Notes under the pieces: model-generated
Database searches by the model: none
What the model was told of the DNA's origin: nothing
Seen by the model: the letters and a program-made list of their open reading frames with translations, nothing else
Program-made: the position numbers and the translations under genes
Origin: a bacterium
Lineage (GTDB): Bacteria > Patescibacteriota > Dojkabacteria > B142 > OLB20
Direction: 5' to 3'
DNA length: 64,000 bases
NCBI GenBank assembly: GCA_021463645.1
Contig: JAJTYI010000006.1
Coordinates: 53,692 to 117,691, forward strand
Shown here: positions 36,424 through 45,201 of the stretch, one piece after another
Numbering within the stretch: position 1 is the stretch's first letter
Layout of the letters: each line of letters opens with the position of its first letter

Positions 36424-37632
36424 ATGCCACGTGCGATATTATCATCAGGACATACAAGTGCAGACCCCGGCTCAAAAGCCAACGGTCTAGTTGAATACGA
36501 ACTTTCCAGGAAAATATCTCGAGCTGTTCTCCCCTACCTTAGACAACATGGTATTATCACACTTTCTGTACCTGCTGATTTAGACCTACTCAAGAGAATC
36601 GACTGGATTAATAAAACTGGTTATGACGAAACAAACAATGATATTGCTATCGAAATACATATTAACGAAGGTGGTAAAAGTGGAATCGAATCTTGGTACG
36701 AAGGCGAAGGAGAAAGTAATTCAAAGAAGCTCTCAGACATTCTTATAAAAACCATAACTGCTGAATCCGGACTTCCTAACCAAGGCAGTAAGAGTGAGTA
36801 TGAACATGAAATCGGCTCAATTGCCTTCCTGCATGACGTCAATTCAATCACGACTCTTGTAGAATGCGGATACATCGATAACGAAGACGATGCCAAGTTT
36901 CTCAAAGATGACAAAAACATCGATAAATTGGCAAAAGGAATTGCCAAAGGGGTTTTAGAATATTTCGGAGTTACATTCAGAGATATCCCCCAAGGAAGTC
37001 CTCCTGTTGTTGCAAGACCGAATACTCCCAACCCGACACAGCCTTTAAATCAGTTCCAACAACCTCCGAGACCGCCTATGCCGACAAACAATTTCCAAAT
37101 GCCATCATACAATTCCGGTGGAATGTCTGGCTTCGATTCAGATTTTGGTCCTTCACAACCCGCAGGAGGGTTTATGAGTCGGGATGATAGAAAGAAGATG
37201 GTAAACGAAATGTATAACAAAATATTAGGAAGAGAACCCACCCAAAATGATTTAAATTACTTTTTGAACATTGGTATTAGCGAACAAGATTTATTAAAAA
37301 AGATGGTAGACTCTCAGGAACACGCTGACCTTGTGATGTCTAGACAAGAAGTCATAAAAGCAAAAGAAGAATTAAACGAACATAGTACAGAGTTACTTCA
37401 ACTTAGAGCTTCAACCGAAGATCAAAAAGTCATCATACGTAATCTTCACGCTCTTATAGCACAGAAAAATCAAGCTATCGCACACTTGCAACAGCAATTA
37501 GGTATGATGCAAAACTATCAAAATGCTCAACAATCAGTTTCGATTAGTAATACAACTCCAGAAACGAAACACAACTACAAAGGAACTTTCTTGGACAAAT
37601 TGTTCAAAGCTTTTAGCGACTTGTTTGAGTAA
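36424..37632 (+). CDS. N-acetylmuramoyl-L-alanine amidase (Amidase_3) with Pro-rich linker, DUF4214-like segment and C-terminal coiled coil
   Basis: SSGHTSADPGS...EYEL, IAIEIHINEG and TTLVECGYIDNEDD are Amidase_3 motifs. The linker is PNTPNPTQPLNQFQQPPRPPMP. MYNKILGREPTQNDLNYFLN is DUF4214-like. A heptad-rich tail follows. Confidence 0.75.
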   Translation: MPRAILSSGHTSADPGSKANGLVEYELSRKISRAVLPYLRQHGIITLSVPADLDLLKRIDWINKTGYDETNNDIAIEIHINEGGKSGIESWYEGEGESNSKKLSDILIKTITAESGLPNQGSKSEYEHEIGSIAFLHDVNSITTLVECGYIDNEDDAKFLKDDKNIDKLAKGIAKGVLEYFGVTFRDIPQGSPPVVARPNTPNPTQPLNQFQQPPRPPMPTNNFQMPSYNSGGMSGFDSDFGPSQPAGGFMSRDDRKKMVNEMYNKILGREPTQNDLNYFLNIGISEQDLLKKMVDSQEHADLVMSRQEVIKAKEELNEHSTELLQLRASTEDQKVIIRNLHALIAQKNQAIAHLQQQLGMMQNYQNAQQSVSISNTTPETKHNYKGTFLDKLFKAFSDLFE

Positions 37633-37649
37633 CCACCCCCGATTTTCAC

Positions 37650-37678
37650 TTGACTATAAGTATGTTTAAGCATATCAT
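37650..37678 (+). promoter_or_regulatory. Candidate sigma70-type promoter (TTGACT-17 nt-TATCAT)
   Basis: A near-consensus -35 and a reasonable -10 at ideal 17-nt spacing. It would give a leader of about 255 nt before rny, or a separate small transcript. Confidence 0.35.
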
Positions 37679-37939
37679 TAGACTATATTGCACAGGTAAG
37701 TCCTTTTTCTTGGATGTTCGTATACTTAAGGTATGTGTTAATAATAAATGACAAATTTCAAAGTAAAAATATTATTGAACAAGAGCAAGTCGTGTAAAGA
37801 CGTTGCGCATACCCAACTCCTCTATCGGAGTAATAGTCTATTAATCATCCCAGGAAGATAAATCAAAACTTACCTAAAGTAAGAGAAATACAACTATTTT
37901 TATAGTTATATTTTTCATTTTAGTTATTAATTTATTTGG

Positions 37940-39484
37940 ATGGAAACAATACTATTAATCGTATTGTCAATCATAGCAACGGGAGGACTGGGTGCAAGCT
38001 ACATGCTCACCAGAAACAAAAAAGAGCTTGAAAAAAAGCTGAAGAATCCCAAGTTTGTTGACATATCCGAGGACGAAGCAATTCGTAAAGCCAGTTTGAA
38101 AGCACAGAACACAATTCTTGAAGCTGAAAGAGAAGCCGACAAGATTAAAACTGAAGCGATGAAACAAACCACCGAACTGAAACAAACAGTTCTCGCTGAG
38201 GAAAAACGTCTCGACGAAAGAGAAAAAAAATTAGTCGACAGAGCAAAAGTTCTAGATGAAAGATTCGAAAGCATCGAGAACAAAGAAAAGGCCGTAGAAC
38301 AAGCCAAAAAAGACGTAAAAAGAAGAAGTGAGAAAATTACCGAAGAGCTCCAGAAGTTAGCACGACTATCACCTGAAGAGGCTAAAAAATTGGTGATGGA
38401 CAGAACTGAAGAAGAACTCAAATCCTATGTAGCTAGGAAAATCAGAGAGGCAGATTTCGAAATACAATCCACCTCCGAAAAAGTCAGTCGTGAAATTTTG
38501 GTAGACGTAATGCAAAAAAATGCTACTGATTATGTAGCAGAGTCTACAGCAACGACAATTGATATTGAGAACGAAGAATTAAAAGGAAAAATAATCGGAA
38601 AAGAAGGTCGAAATATTAGAACATTCGAGAGACTAACAGGTGTTGATATCATAGTAGACGAGGCACCTAACCAGGTCACCCTATCCTGTTTTGACCCTAT
38701 CAGACGTGAAGTAGCAGCACTCGCATTGCAAAAACTTCTTAAAGATGGACGAGTTCATCCAGGAAGTATCGAAGAAACAATCTACGGAATCAAAAATGAA
38801 CTCTCGAAAGAAATCAAAAGAACAGGAGAAAAACTTGCCTACGATTCAGGTTGTAACGATCTTCCACAAGAAGTCATCAAATTGCTTGGAAGATTTAAAT
38901 ATAGATTTAGTTATGGACAAAATCTCATCAAACATAGTATGGAGATGGTCAACCTCGGAGGACAACTAGCATCCGAACTTGGTGCAGACGTAAATTTCGT
39001 AAAGAAAGCATGCCTACTCCATGATATTGGAAAAGTTCTGACTCACGAGATTGAGGGTAAACCTCATCATCACATCTCAGGCGATGTAGTTAGGAAATAT
39101 TTGAAAGATGAAAAATTAGCAAATGCAGTAGAATCACATCATGGTGATATTGACACTACTTCATTAGAAGCAGAAATCGTAAAAATCGCCGATGCAATCT
39201 CTGGTGCAAGACCTGGTGCTAGGAAAGACAGCTACGAAAATTACGTAAAAAGAGTAAAAGGTCTAGAAGATATTGCGAAGAAATACGAAGGTGTTGAAGA
39301 AGCATACGCAATTCACGCTGGACGCGAAGTCAGAGTTATTTTCAAACCATCTATTGCTAGTGACGACGATGTTGTAATCACAACACATAAGATCGCAAAA
39401 GAAATCGAAGAAACACAGAACTATCCTGGATCTGTGAAAGTCACAGCAATCAGAGAACTTCGTGTAACAGAAGAAGCAAAATAA
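37940..39484 (+). CDS. rny: Ribonuclease Y
   Basis: An N-terminal TM helix, a long coiled coil, a KH domain (IIGKEGRNIRTFERLTGVDIIVD) and an HD domain (LLHDIGK...HH). Confidence 0.9.
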   Translation: METILLIVLSIIATGGLGASYMLTRNKKELEKKLKNPKFVDISEDEAIRKASLKAQNTILEAEREADKIKTEAMKQTTELKQTVLAEEKRLDEREKKLVDRAKVLDERFESIENKEKAVEQAKKDVKRRSEKITEELQKLARLSPEEAKKLVMDRTEEELKSYVARKIREADFEIQSTSEKVSREILVDVMQKNATDYVAESTATTIDIENEELKGKIIGKEGRNIRTFERLTGVDIIVDEAPNQVTLSCFDPIRREVAALALQKLLKDGRVHPGSIEETIYGIKNELSKEIKRTGEKLAYDSGCNDLPQEVIKLLGRFKYRFSYGQNLIKHSMEMVNLGGQLASELGADVNFVKKACLLHDIGKVLTHEIEGKPHHHISGDVVRKYLKDEKLANAVESHHGDIDTTSLEAEIVKIADAISGARPGARKDSYENYVKRVKGLEDIAKKYEGVEEAYAIHAGREVRVIFKPSIASDDDVVITTHKIAKEIEETQNYPGSVKVTAIRELRVTEEAK

Positions 39485-39485
39485 A

Positions 39486-40487
39486 ATGTCAATTAAAGAT
39501 AGAAAGTTACAACATATCAAAATTGTCTTAGAGAAGGATACGCAGCCGTATCCTTCTTCTTTTGACAAATATGTTCTACCCCACAAAGCACTTCCAGAAA
39601 TAGACTTAAAAGAAATCGATACCACAGTCAGATTCTTCAACAAAGAAATTTCGTTTCCATTTATGATTGCATCGATGACGGGTGGTGAAGAATTTGGAAA
39701 AACTATTAACACCAATCTTGCCATTGCTGCTGAAAAAAACAAAATTCCGCTCGCACTCGGATCGATGAGAGTCATATTGAAGAAACCAGAATCACTGGAC
39801 AGCTTTAATGTGCGCCACCTTTGCCCTTCTGTTCCGTTGTTCGCAAACATGGGTTTGGTACAGTTGAATTATGGATATGGAGCAAAAGAAATTAACAAGT
39901 TGATCGATATAATTGAAGCTGACGGGATATTTTTACACATAAATCATCTCCAAGAAGCGGTTCAACCAGAAGGTGACACAAACTTTAAAGGGTTGATTGA
40001 TAAACTTGCAAAGGTTCTACCTAAGATCAAGAAACCCATTCTAATCAAAGAAGTTGGCAATGGAATTGACAAAGAAACAGCAAAGAAGCTTACAGAAATT
40101 GGTATCGAATGGATTGATGTTGCTGGTGGTGGAGGGACAAGTTGGCCATGGGTAGAAGGTTATCGTCGAGATGATGACCTTGGTGACATATTCAAAACTG
40201 AGTCAATCCCTACAGATAAATGCTTAATCGATTGTCGAGAAATTGAAAATCTGAATTTAATAGCTTGTGGAGGAATACGAAATGGCAAACATATAGCACT
40301 AAGCTTGATGTTGGGAGCGGACATGGCTTCTAGCGCAAAACCTTTCCTTGAGCCAGCACTTAAAAGTTCTGATGCCTGTTCAAAAATAATTGAAAAATAC
40401 AAAAGAGAATTTCGAATCAGTATGTTTGCGGTGGGAGCCAAAAATATTAAGGAACTCAAAATGATAAGTCCAACACTTATTGCTTAG
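39486..40487 (+). CDS. fni: Type 2 isopentenyl-diphosphate delta-isomerase (FMN-dependent)
   Basis: RKLQHIKI, FMIASMTGG, LQEAVQPEGD and VAGGGGTSW motifs on a TIM-barrel layout. Confidence 0.85.
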   Translation: MSIKDRKLQHIKIVLEKDTQPYPSSFDKYVLPHKALPEIDLKEIDTTVRFFNKEISFPFMIASMTGGEEFGKTINTNLAIAAEKNKIPLALGSMRVILKKPESLDSFNVRHLCPSVPLFANMGLVQLNYGYGAKEINKLIDIIEADGIFLHINHLQEAVQPEGDTNFKGLIDKLAKVLPKIKKPILIKEVGNGIDKETAKKLTEIGIEWIDVAGGGGTSWPWVEGYRRDDDLGDIFKTESIPTDKCLIDCREIENLNLIACGGIRNGKHIALSLMLGADMASSAKPFLEPALKSSDACSKIIEKYKREFRISMFAVGAKNIKELKMISPTLIA

Positions 40488-41280
40488 GTTTTTCGTAGAT
40501 AACTCGACCTTCTTTTAGAGCAGTCTCCAAGAAACTCTCCCCTTCATCATCTACCATCAAACTAAATTCTTCTTGAGTATAAACAAGAGGCTCTATAATC
40601 GGAGCTCCTTCTTTTGTGGATTTTCTAGCTTTGAAAATTCTCTGTATAAAGCTATCTTCGGTATTAGCGATTATTAAAATATCCATCGTGGAAAGTCTGC
40701 TGACTTGTTCGTCTCTAGCAAACCTACCAAACAGAATTATTTTCTCTGGATCAAATGCAACTATTAATCTTTCTTTGATTTCTTCTATTCGATTTTCTAT
40801 TTCTTCCTTCGTAAACATTTCGTCATAGGTCAATAACATTTCTTGAGGCTCCATCGGATGCGACAAGATGACAGATATTTTTTGTAAGAATTCTTGTGCC
40901 TGTCTGTATGCTCTCTCTGCTTCAGGCTTCGTGATAATCTCGTGAGGTGTTTTTGTACGTCCTGGAAGTAAAAATGGATAACGAGAGACAAATGTAAACG
41001 ATTCTAAAAATCTGAATTGGAATTTGGTCTGTTTGAATTCCGGGCAAATTCTGTTACAAATTCCCATCAATGTCTGAAGTTTGTGAATTCTAGGTGGGTT
41101 TGCACCAGCGTATACGATAACTGCTTTCAAAGATTTCTCTACTGCCTGGACGGCTTGGAAAGTCGACCATTCATAAAAACCCTCATCTAATGAGAGTTTG
41201 GATGCTTGTAAATCAAATTCACCTTGTCTAAACCAGACGATGTGTCTCGCTTTTTTTGGTTCGTGCTTGTGTTCAGTCAA
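40477..41280 (-). CDS. HEPN domain fused to a minimal nucleotidyltransferase (MNT-like) domain
   Basis: The HEPN half has FQAVQAVEKSLKAVIVYAGANPPRIHKLQTL and FVSRYP. The NTase half has KIILFGRFARDEQVSRLSTMDILII, with the GS and DxD positions altered to GR and TMD. Its 3' end overlaps the fni 3' end by 11 nt (convergent). Confidence 0.7.
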   Translation of the reverse strand: MTEHKHEPKKARHIVWFRQGEFDLQASKLSLDEGFYEWSTFQAVQAVEKSLKAVIVYAGANPPRIHKLQTLMGICNRICPEFKQTKFQFRFLESFTFVSRYPFLLPGRTKTPHEIITKPEAERAYRQAQEFLQKISVILSHPMEPQEMLLTYDEMFTKEEIENRIEEIKERLIVAFDPEKIILFGRFARDEQVSRLSTMDILIIANTEDSFIQRIFKARKSTKEGAPIIEPLVYTQEEFSLMVDDEGESFLETALKEGRVIYEKPKQ

Positions 41281-41870
41281 GAGATTAATTCTTCATAAGA
41301 GCCAATAAGTAATACGATTCTTTGTGACAGAATATTAAGAACGAAAGGATCCCTTCGTTTTTTCTTCAGGAAAAATTCTCGTTCTGTCATGACCGTATAG
41401 AATATTTCACGTTCTAACTTCTGTTCAGCTTGCTCTACTAATTCTGTAAGTTTAGGTAATTCGATGGTACCAATAACCACTAAGTCAATCTTCTGTGATG
41501 ATGTATGACTTTGTTTGAGATAATCTTCCGTAAGAAGAGCAAACTTAACTTCTCCTAAAGTTTTATTTGCTCGTATGAGTTTCCCTCCTAGTCCAAATGC
41601 CTTGTGCATCATACTCAGAAGTTCGTAATAATAGACACTGTCTTTGTTCTGTTGAAAGAATTTCTTTGAACCATCTTCTTCGGAGACCACAATTCCAACT
41701 TCTTCGAGTCTGGTAAGTTCTCTTCTCACTGCGTTGATTTCTTCGTCAATTTCGCGAACAATTCCTCTTAGATGTAACTTCACATCCGGCTGAAGCAGGA
41801 AGAATTTAAGAACTTTTATTCTTACCTTTGATACTAAAAGTGCCTCTAATGTTGACGATGCTCTACCCAT
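41277..41870 (-). CDS. Winged-helix (ArsR-like) DNA-binding protein with a C-terminal nucleotidyltransferase-like domain
   Basis: VRIKVLKFFLLQPDVKLHLRGIVREIDEEINAVRRELTRLEEVGIV is a wHTH. The C-terminal KIDLVVIGTIELPKL...REIFYTVMTEREF resembles degenerate NTase-fold regulators. It overlaps the HEPN gene by 4 nt and lies 12 nt after recA. Confidence 0.5.
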   Translation of the reverse strand: MGRASSTLEALLVSKVRIKVLKFFLLQPDVKLHLRGIVREIDEEINAVRRELTRLEEVGIVVSEEDGSKKFFQQNKDSVYYYELLSMMHKAFGLGGKLIRANKTLGEVKFALLTEDYLKQSHTSSQKIDLVVIGTIELPKLTELVEQAEQKLEREIFYTVMTEREFFLKKKRRDPFVLNILSQRIVLLIGSYEELIS

Positions 41871-41882
41871 AATTAATTATTA

Positions 41883-42914
41883 TTAAATTTTGCTTTTTGT
41901 TTTGACCTCTTGATAAATTTCCTTGCGTAATTTTGAATCCTCTTTCAGCAGTTCTTTTACAGCGTCTTTACCTTGACCTAGTTGATTGTCACCTTTTCTA
42001 AACCATGCTCCAGACTTCTCAATTACTCCAAACTGTATTGCTGCGTCCACAAGTGAACTAATCTTATCTATTCCGTTTGGATAAATAATATCAAACTCTG
42101 CTTCCTTGAATGGAGGAGCCATCTTGTTTTTAACTACTTTAACGCGTACAACATGACCTCGAACATCATCTAATTTGCCAATTTTCTCTTTTTTGCGGAT
42201 GTCCAATCTCACAGATGCATAAAATTTCAGTGCATTACCACCTGTTGTAGTTTCTGGATTTCCAAACATAATACCAATTTTCATTCTTAGTTGATTGATG
42301 AAAACCACTGTAGTTCCAGTCTTTGAACAAATAGCTGTGATTTTTCTCAAAGCTTGACTCATTAATCTAGCTTGGAGACCCATATGTGAATCTCCCATTT
42401 CTCCTTCAATTTCAGCTCGTGGAGTTAGTGCAGCAACTGAGTCGACAACAATAACACCTACCGTTCCTGATCGTATTAGAGTTTCTAAAATTTCAAGCGC
42501 TTGCTCTCCATAATCAGGTTGTGAGATTAATAAATCATCAAGATTGATTCCAATATTTCTAGCGTACTCAGCATCGAATGCATGTTCTGCATCGATAAAA
42601 GCTGCTGTTTCGCCTTTTATTTGTGCTTCTGAAATGATATGCATGGCCAATGTTGTTTTACCTGAAGACTCTGGTCCATAGATCTCTACTATTCTGCCTT
42701 TTGGAACTCCTCCAATACCGAGTGCAATATCAAGTGACAATGCACCAGTCGATATAACATCCACGTCAGATCTTGCTCTATCGCTAAACTTCATAATAGA
42801 ACCTTTTCCAAATTGTTTTTCGATTTGTTGAATAGCTGCATTTAATGCTTGTGACTTGCCAGTGTTTACTTCCTTTACTGGTTCAGTTGTTTTTTCGGTA
42901 GATTGTTTTGCCAT
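41883..42914 (-). CDS. recA: Recombinase RecA
   Basis: [19 protein letters not shown], Walker [19 protein letters not shown] and VVDSVAAL. It is full length at 343 aa. Confidence 0.95.
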   Translation of the reverse strand: MAKQSTEKTTEPVKEVNTGKSQALNAAIQQIEKQFGKGSIMKFSDRARSDVDVISTGALSLDIALGIGGVPKGRIVEIYGPESSGKTTLAMHIISEAQIKGETAAFIDAEHAFDAEYARNIGINLDDLLISQPDYGEQALEILETLIRSGTVGVIVVDSVAALTPRAEIEGEMGDSHMGLQARLMSQALRKITAICSKTGTTVVFINQLRMKIGIMFGNPETTTGGNALKFYASVRLDIRKKEKIGKLDDVRGHVVRVKVVKNKMAPPFKEAEFDIIYPNGIDKISSLVDAAIQFGVIEKSGAWFRKGDNQLGQGKDAVKELLKEDSKLRKEIYQEVKTKSKI

Positions 42915-43073
42915 ATGGTGTCTCTAAAAAATAAAGCTTCGGGCTGAAAAATTTCAATCAGAGCAGTTATGATTGAAGTAATATTTTACTCAATTTAACA
43001 GATATTTGCTCTAGCTGTCAATCTCAGCCTCTTAATAGCAATAGTAACAAAACAAAATGGGGAATTTATGATT

Positions 43074-44294
43074 TTAGACTTTTTTAGCATATTGGGTTGA
43101 AATCCAACCCTGTCCATTTGCACCAGCATCAATTTTCACCCAGCTGGAACCAGATCTCTCCATAACAACAAATCTCTGACCTGGTGAAACCTTCGTTACC
43201 ACCCTACTGCTTGTATTTGCTTGTTCTCTGACATTTAAATATCCGACAGGTGTATTTGCAATTTCAACAACATCCATGTCTGATTTATTTACATCTAATG
43301 TGATTTCAAACTCTGAGCCAGCATAAACTTCTCCCAATACGTTTACTAGTTGGAACTTTTCTGTCTGTTTGTCGAAGTGTAATGGAACTCCCACTCTCAC
43401 TTGGAATGTCTTTGATTCACCGGGTCGTATACTAGTGCCTTCCGCCATTATTTTGGTTTGCTTAGGTCCAGACCAAACTCCGTTTACAAAGAATTTACTG
43501 AAGTCATCACTCCCAACCTTAGTCATAATTGGTTCAAAATCTGAACTTTCATATAGTGAAATCGAACTGTTATTTTTTATTGTGATTTCTGCAACAACTT
43601 GATCCCCGTATTTAACTTTTTCTGTTGGAGTTTTAACCGAAGTTATAGATAGTTCAAATTTAAATTTCGCAGGGTCATACATTGCTGCAATCTCTTTTGT
43701 CATCTCAGTCAAAGACCTCTCCCATCTACCAGCGACAATATCGGGAACTCCGACTATTTGCTGTTGTTCAGTTGCCTGATAATAAAAACTTTTTACAAAT
43801 ATGTTTTCTAATTTGATTCGGTTTCTATTGGCAACCTCAACAATTAATGAATTCAGTGCCTCTCTACCTTCAGTGGAGAAATCATCTGAGTCATTTTCAG
43901 AAAGATATCCAATTATTACTGGTTTTTCCTGCGTGTCTTTTAATGCAAATCTTTGTTCCTCCCCTTTGCTATTGCCCTCTAGAACTTTTCCATCCTTAGT
44001 TACAAAGTAGTGAAACAAAAAATCGCCTTGATTCAATCGAAATGTTTGATAGTAATAAATACCTTTGTACCAGTCATTTGTTGTTACATATTCGTCAAAC
44101 TCCAACTTCAAAGGAACTATGTAGACACTATCAGGCAAAGAAAATGCTTCTTTTTGCTCCTCGATGGATTTAGGGAATTTCAGGGAATCTTTTGTCTGAT
44201 CAATAATTTGAGCGAATGTTTCAACAGATAGCAACCCAAAAACAAACAGGGAGATTAATACTACTAGAAATTTGGGCAATCGAATTCTAGACAC
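43074..44294 (-). CDS. Secreted cell-wall-associated protein: Amidase_2/PGRP-like N-terminal region and C-terminal SH3b domain
   Basis: The signal peptide ends in ETFAQ. FHYFVTKDGKVLEGNSKG...PVIIGYLS...TEGREALNSLIVEVA resembles the Amidase_2 core, but I did not recognise the N-terminal zinc histidine. The C-terminal GYLNVREQANTSSRVVTKVSPGQRFVVMERSGSSWVKI...GWISTQY is SH3b-like. Confidence 0.45.
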   Translation of the reverse strand: MSRIRLPKFLVVLISLFVFGLLSVETFAQIIDQTKDSLKFPKSIEEQKEAFSLPDSVYIVPLKLEFDEYVTTNDWYKGIYYYQTFRLNQGDFLFHYFVTKDGKVLEGNSKGEEQRFALKDTQEKPVIIGYLSENDSDDFSTEGREALNSLIVEVANRNRIKLENIFVKSFYYQATEQQQIVGVPDIVAGRWERSLTEMTKEIAAMYDPAKFKFELSITSVKTPTEKVKYGDQVVAEITIKNNSSISLYESSDFEPIMTKVGSDDFSKFFVNGVWSGPKQTKIMAEGTSIRPGESKTFQVRVGVPLHFDKQTEKFQLVNVLGEVYAGSEFEITLDVNKSDMDVVEIANTPVGYLNVREQANTSSRVVTKVSPGQRFVVMERSGSSWVKIDAGANGQGWISTQYAKKV

Positions 44295-45198
44295 TTGAAA
44301 TTAACAATATTAAACCTAACTTAGCATTCATTTTACCTTGCTTAACTTTAAAATCCAAGTTAGTAATTTTAGCAAAAAGTAGTTTAACAAAGGATAATTC
44401 AAACTTATGAACATTTCTCCTTATCCCCCCCATTGTATACGGATGAATTCTAAAAACCGATTTCATATCGTCTTCAGAAACTTCTCCCGATTTCATCCAA
44501 TAAATCATTTTCAATTGTTTAGCTATCATTGAAATGATATAAGGAAAATCATCATTGTATAAATCTTCAAAAATTCTTAAAGCGTTTTTTTTATCTCTAA
44601 TTGTAAGTGCGTCCAATAATTGAAAAATAATTACATCTTTGTTTTCAGTAAGAATTTCTAAATCTTCACTTATTAATTCTTCTCTGTTCTCTGATCTTGC
44701 TAACAAAACCAACTTGTTTAATTCAGTAGAAAGTGTTTGTTGGTCTGTACCGACTTTGTTCACAATCTGTTCGCAAAGTCTCAGGTCCACCTTAATTCCA
44801 TCCTTTTTCAATGTTTGCGAGATCCATTTTTGTAATATTTTGGGTTCAGGAACTTTTGTCTCAATAACATTTCCAACTTTCTTTAGTGTTTTGTACAACT
44901 TAGTCCTAGCGTCAAGTTTCCCATTCTCATAAATAATCATGTCAACATTATTTACCTGCTTTTCAATATATTCGGACAAATCATTTGAAACGGTTTTCTT
45001 TCTGTTTTTGGAAATATCACGAATTATAGAAATTTTTTGTTCATTTCCAAATATAGAAAGATTATCTGATGGAAAAATTAGTTCAGTAACTCCATTTGCT
45101 TTGTCTGCGTAAGTGCTGGAGATTTGCTTACCTTTGATTAACTTCGAAAGTTCAATTCTGGATTGATAGGGATTAAGTCCATGAATCAAAGTTACCAT
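44287..45198 (-). CDS. holA: DNA polymerase III delta subunit
   Basis: 303 aa. The layout and helical C-terminal region (IFQLLDALTIRDKKNALRIFEDL, NLDFKVKQGKMN) are typical of HolA. Similarity is moderate. Confidence 0.6.
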   Translation of the reverse strand: MVTLIHGLNPYQSRIELSKLIKGKQISSTYADKANGVTELIFPSDNLSIFGNEQKISIIRDISKNRKKTVSNDLSEYIEKQVNNVDMIIYENGKLDARTKLYKTLKKVGNVIETKVPEPKILQKWISQTLKKDGIKVDLRLCEQIVNKVGTDQQTLSTELNKLVLLARSENREELISEDLEILTENKDVIIFQLLDALTIRDKKNALRIFEDLYNDDFPYIISMIAKQLKMIYWMKSGEVSEDDMKSVFRIHPYTMGGIRRNVHKFELSFVKLLFAKITNLDFKVKQGKMNAKLGLILLISSV

Positions 45199-45201
45199 TT
45201 T

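Noticed and set aside
36621-37241. Antisense ORFs of 136 aa and 63 aa lie opposite the amidase gene.
   Set aside because: They overlap a gene with clear Amidase_3 motifs. Their Pro/Gly-rich composition simply mirrors the sense-strand Pro-rich linker.
37694-37875. AGGTAAGT and ACTTACCT look like a eukaryotic 5' splice-site consensus and the U1 snRNA 5' end.
   Set aside because: The context is bacterial and the resemblance is coincidental. I retained only the complementarity itself, as a possible RNA pairing.
37967-38421. Antisense ORFs of 72 aa and 140 aa lie opposite the 5' part of rny.
   Set aside because: Their Ser/Phe-rich low-complexity translation is the mirror of the Lys/Glu-rich coiled coil of RNase Y.
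39263-39850. A 195-aa antisense ORF spans the rny/fni junction.
   Set aside because: It overlaps two strongly supported genes on the opposite strand and has no motifs.
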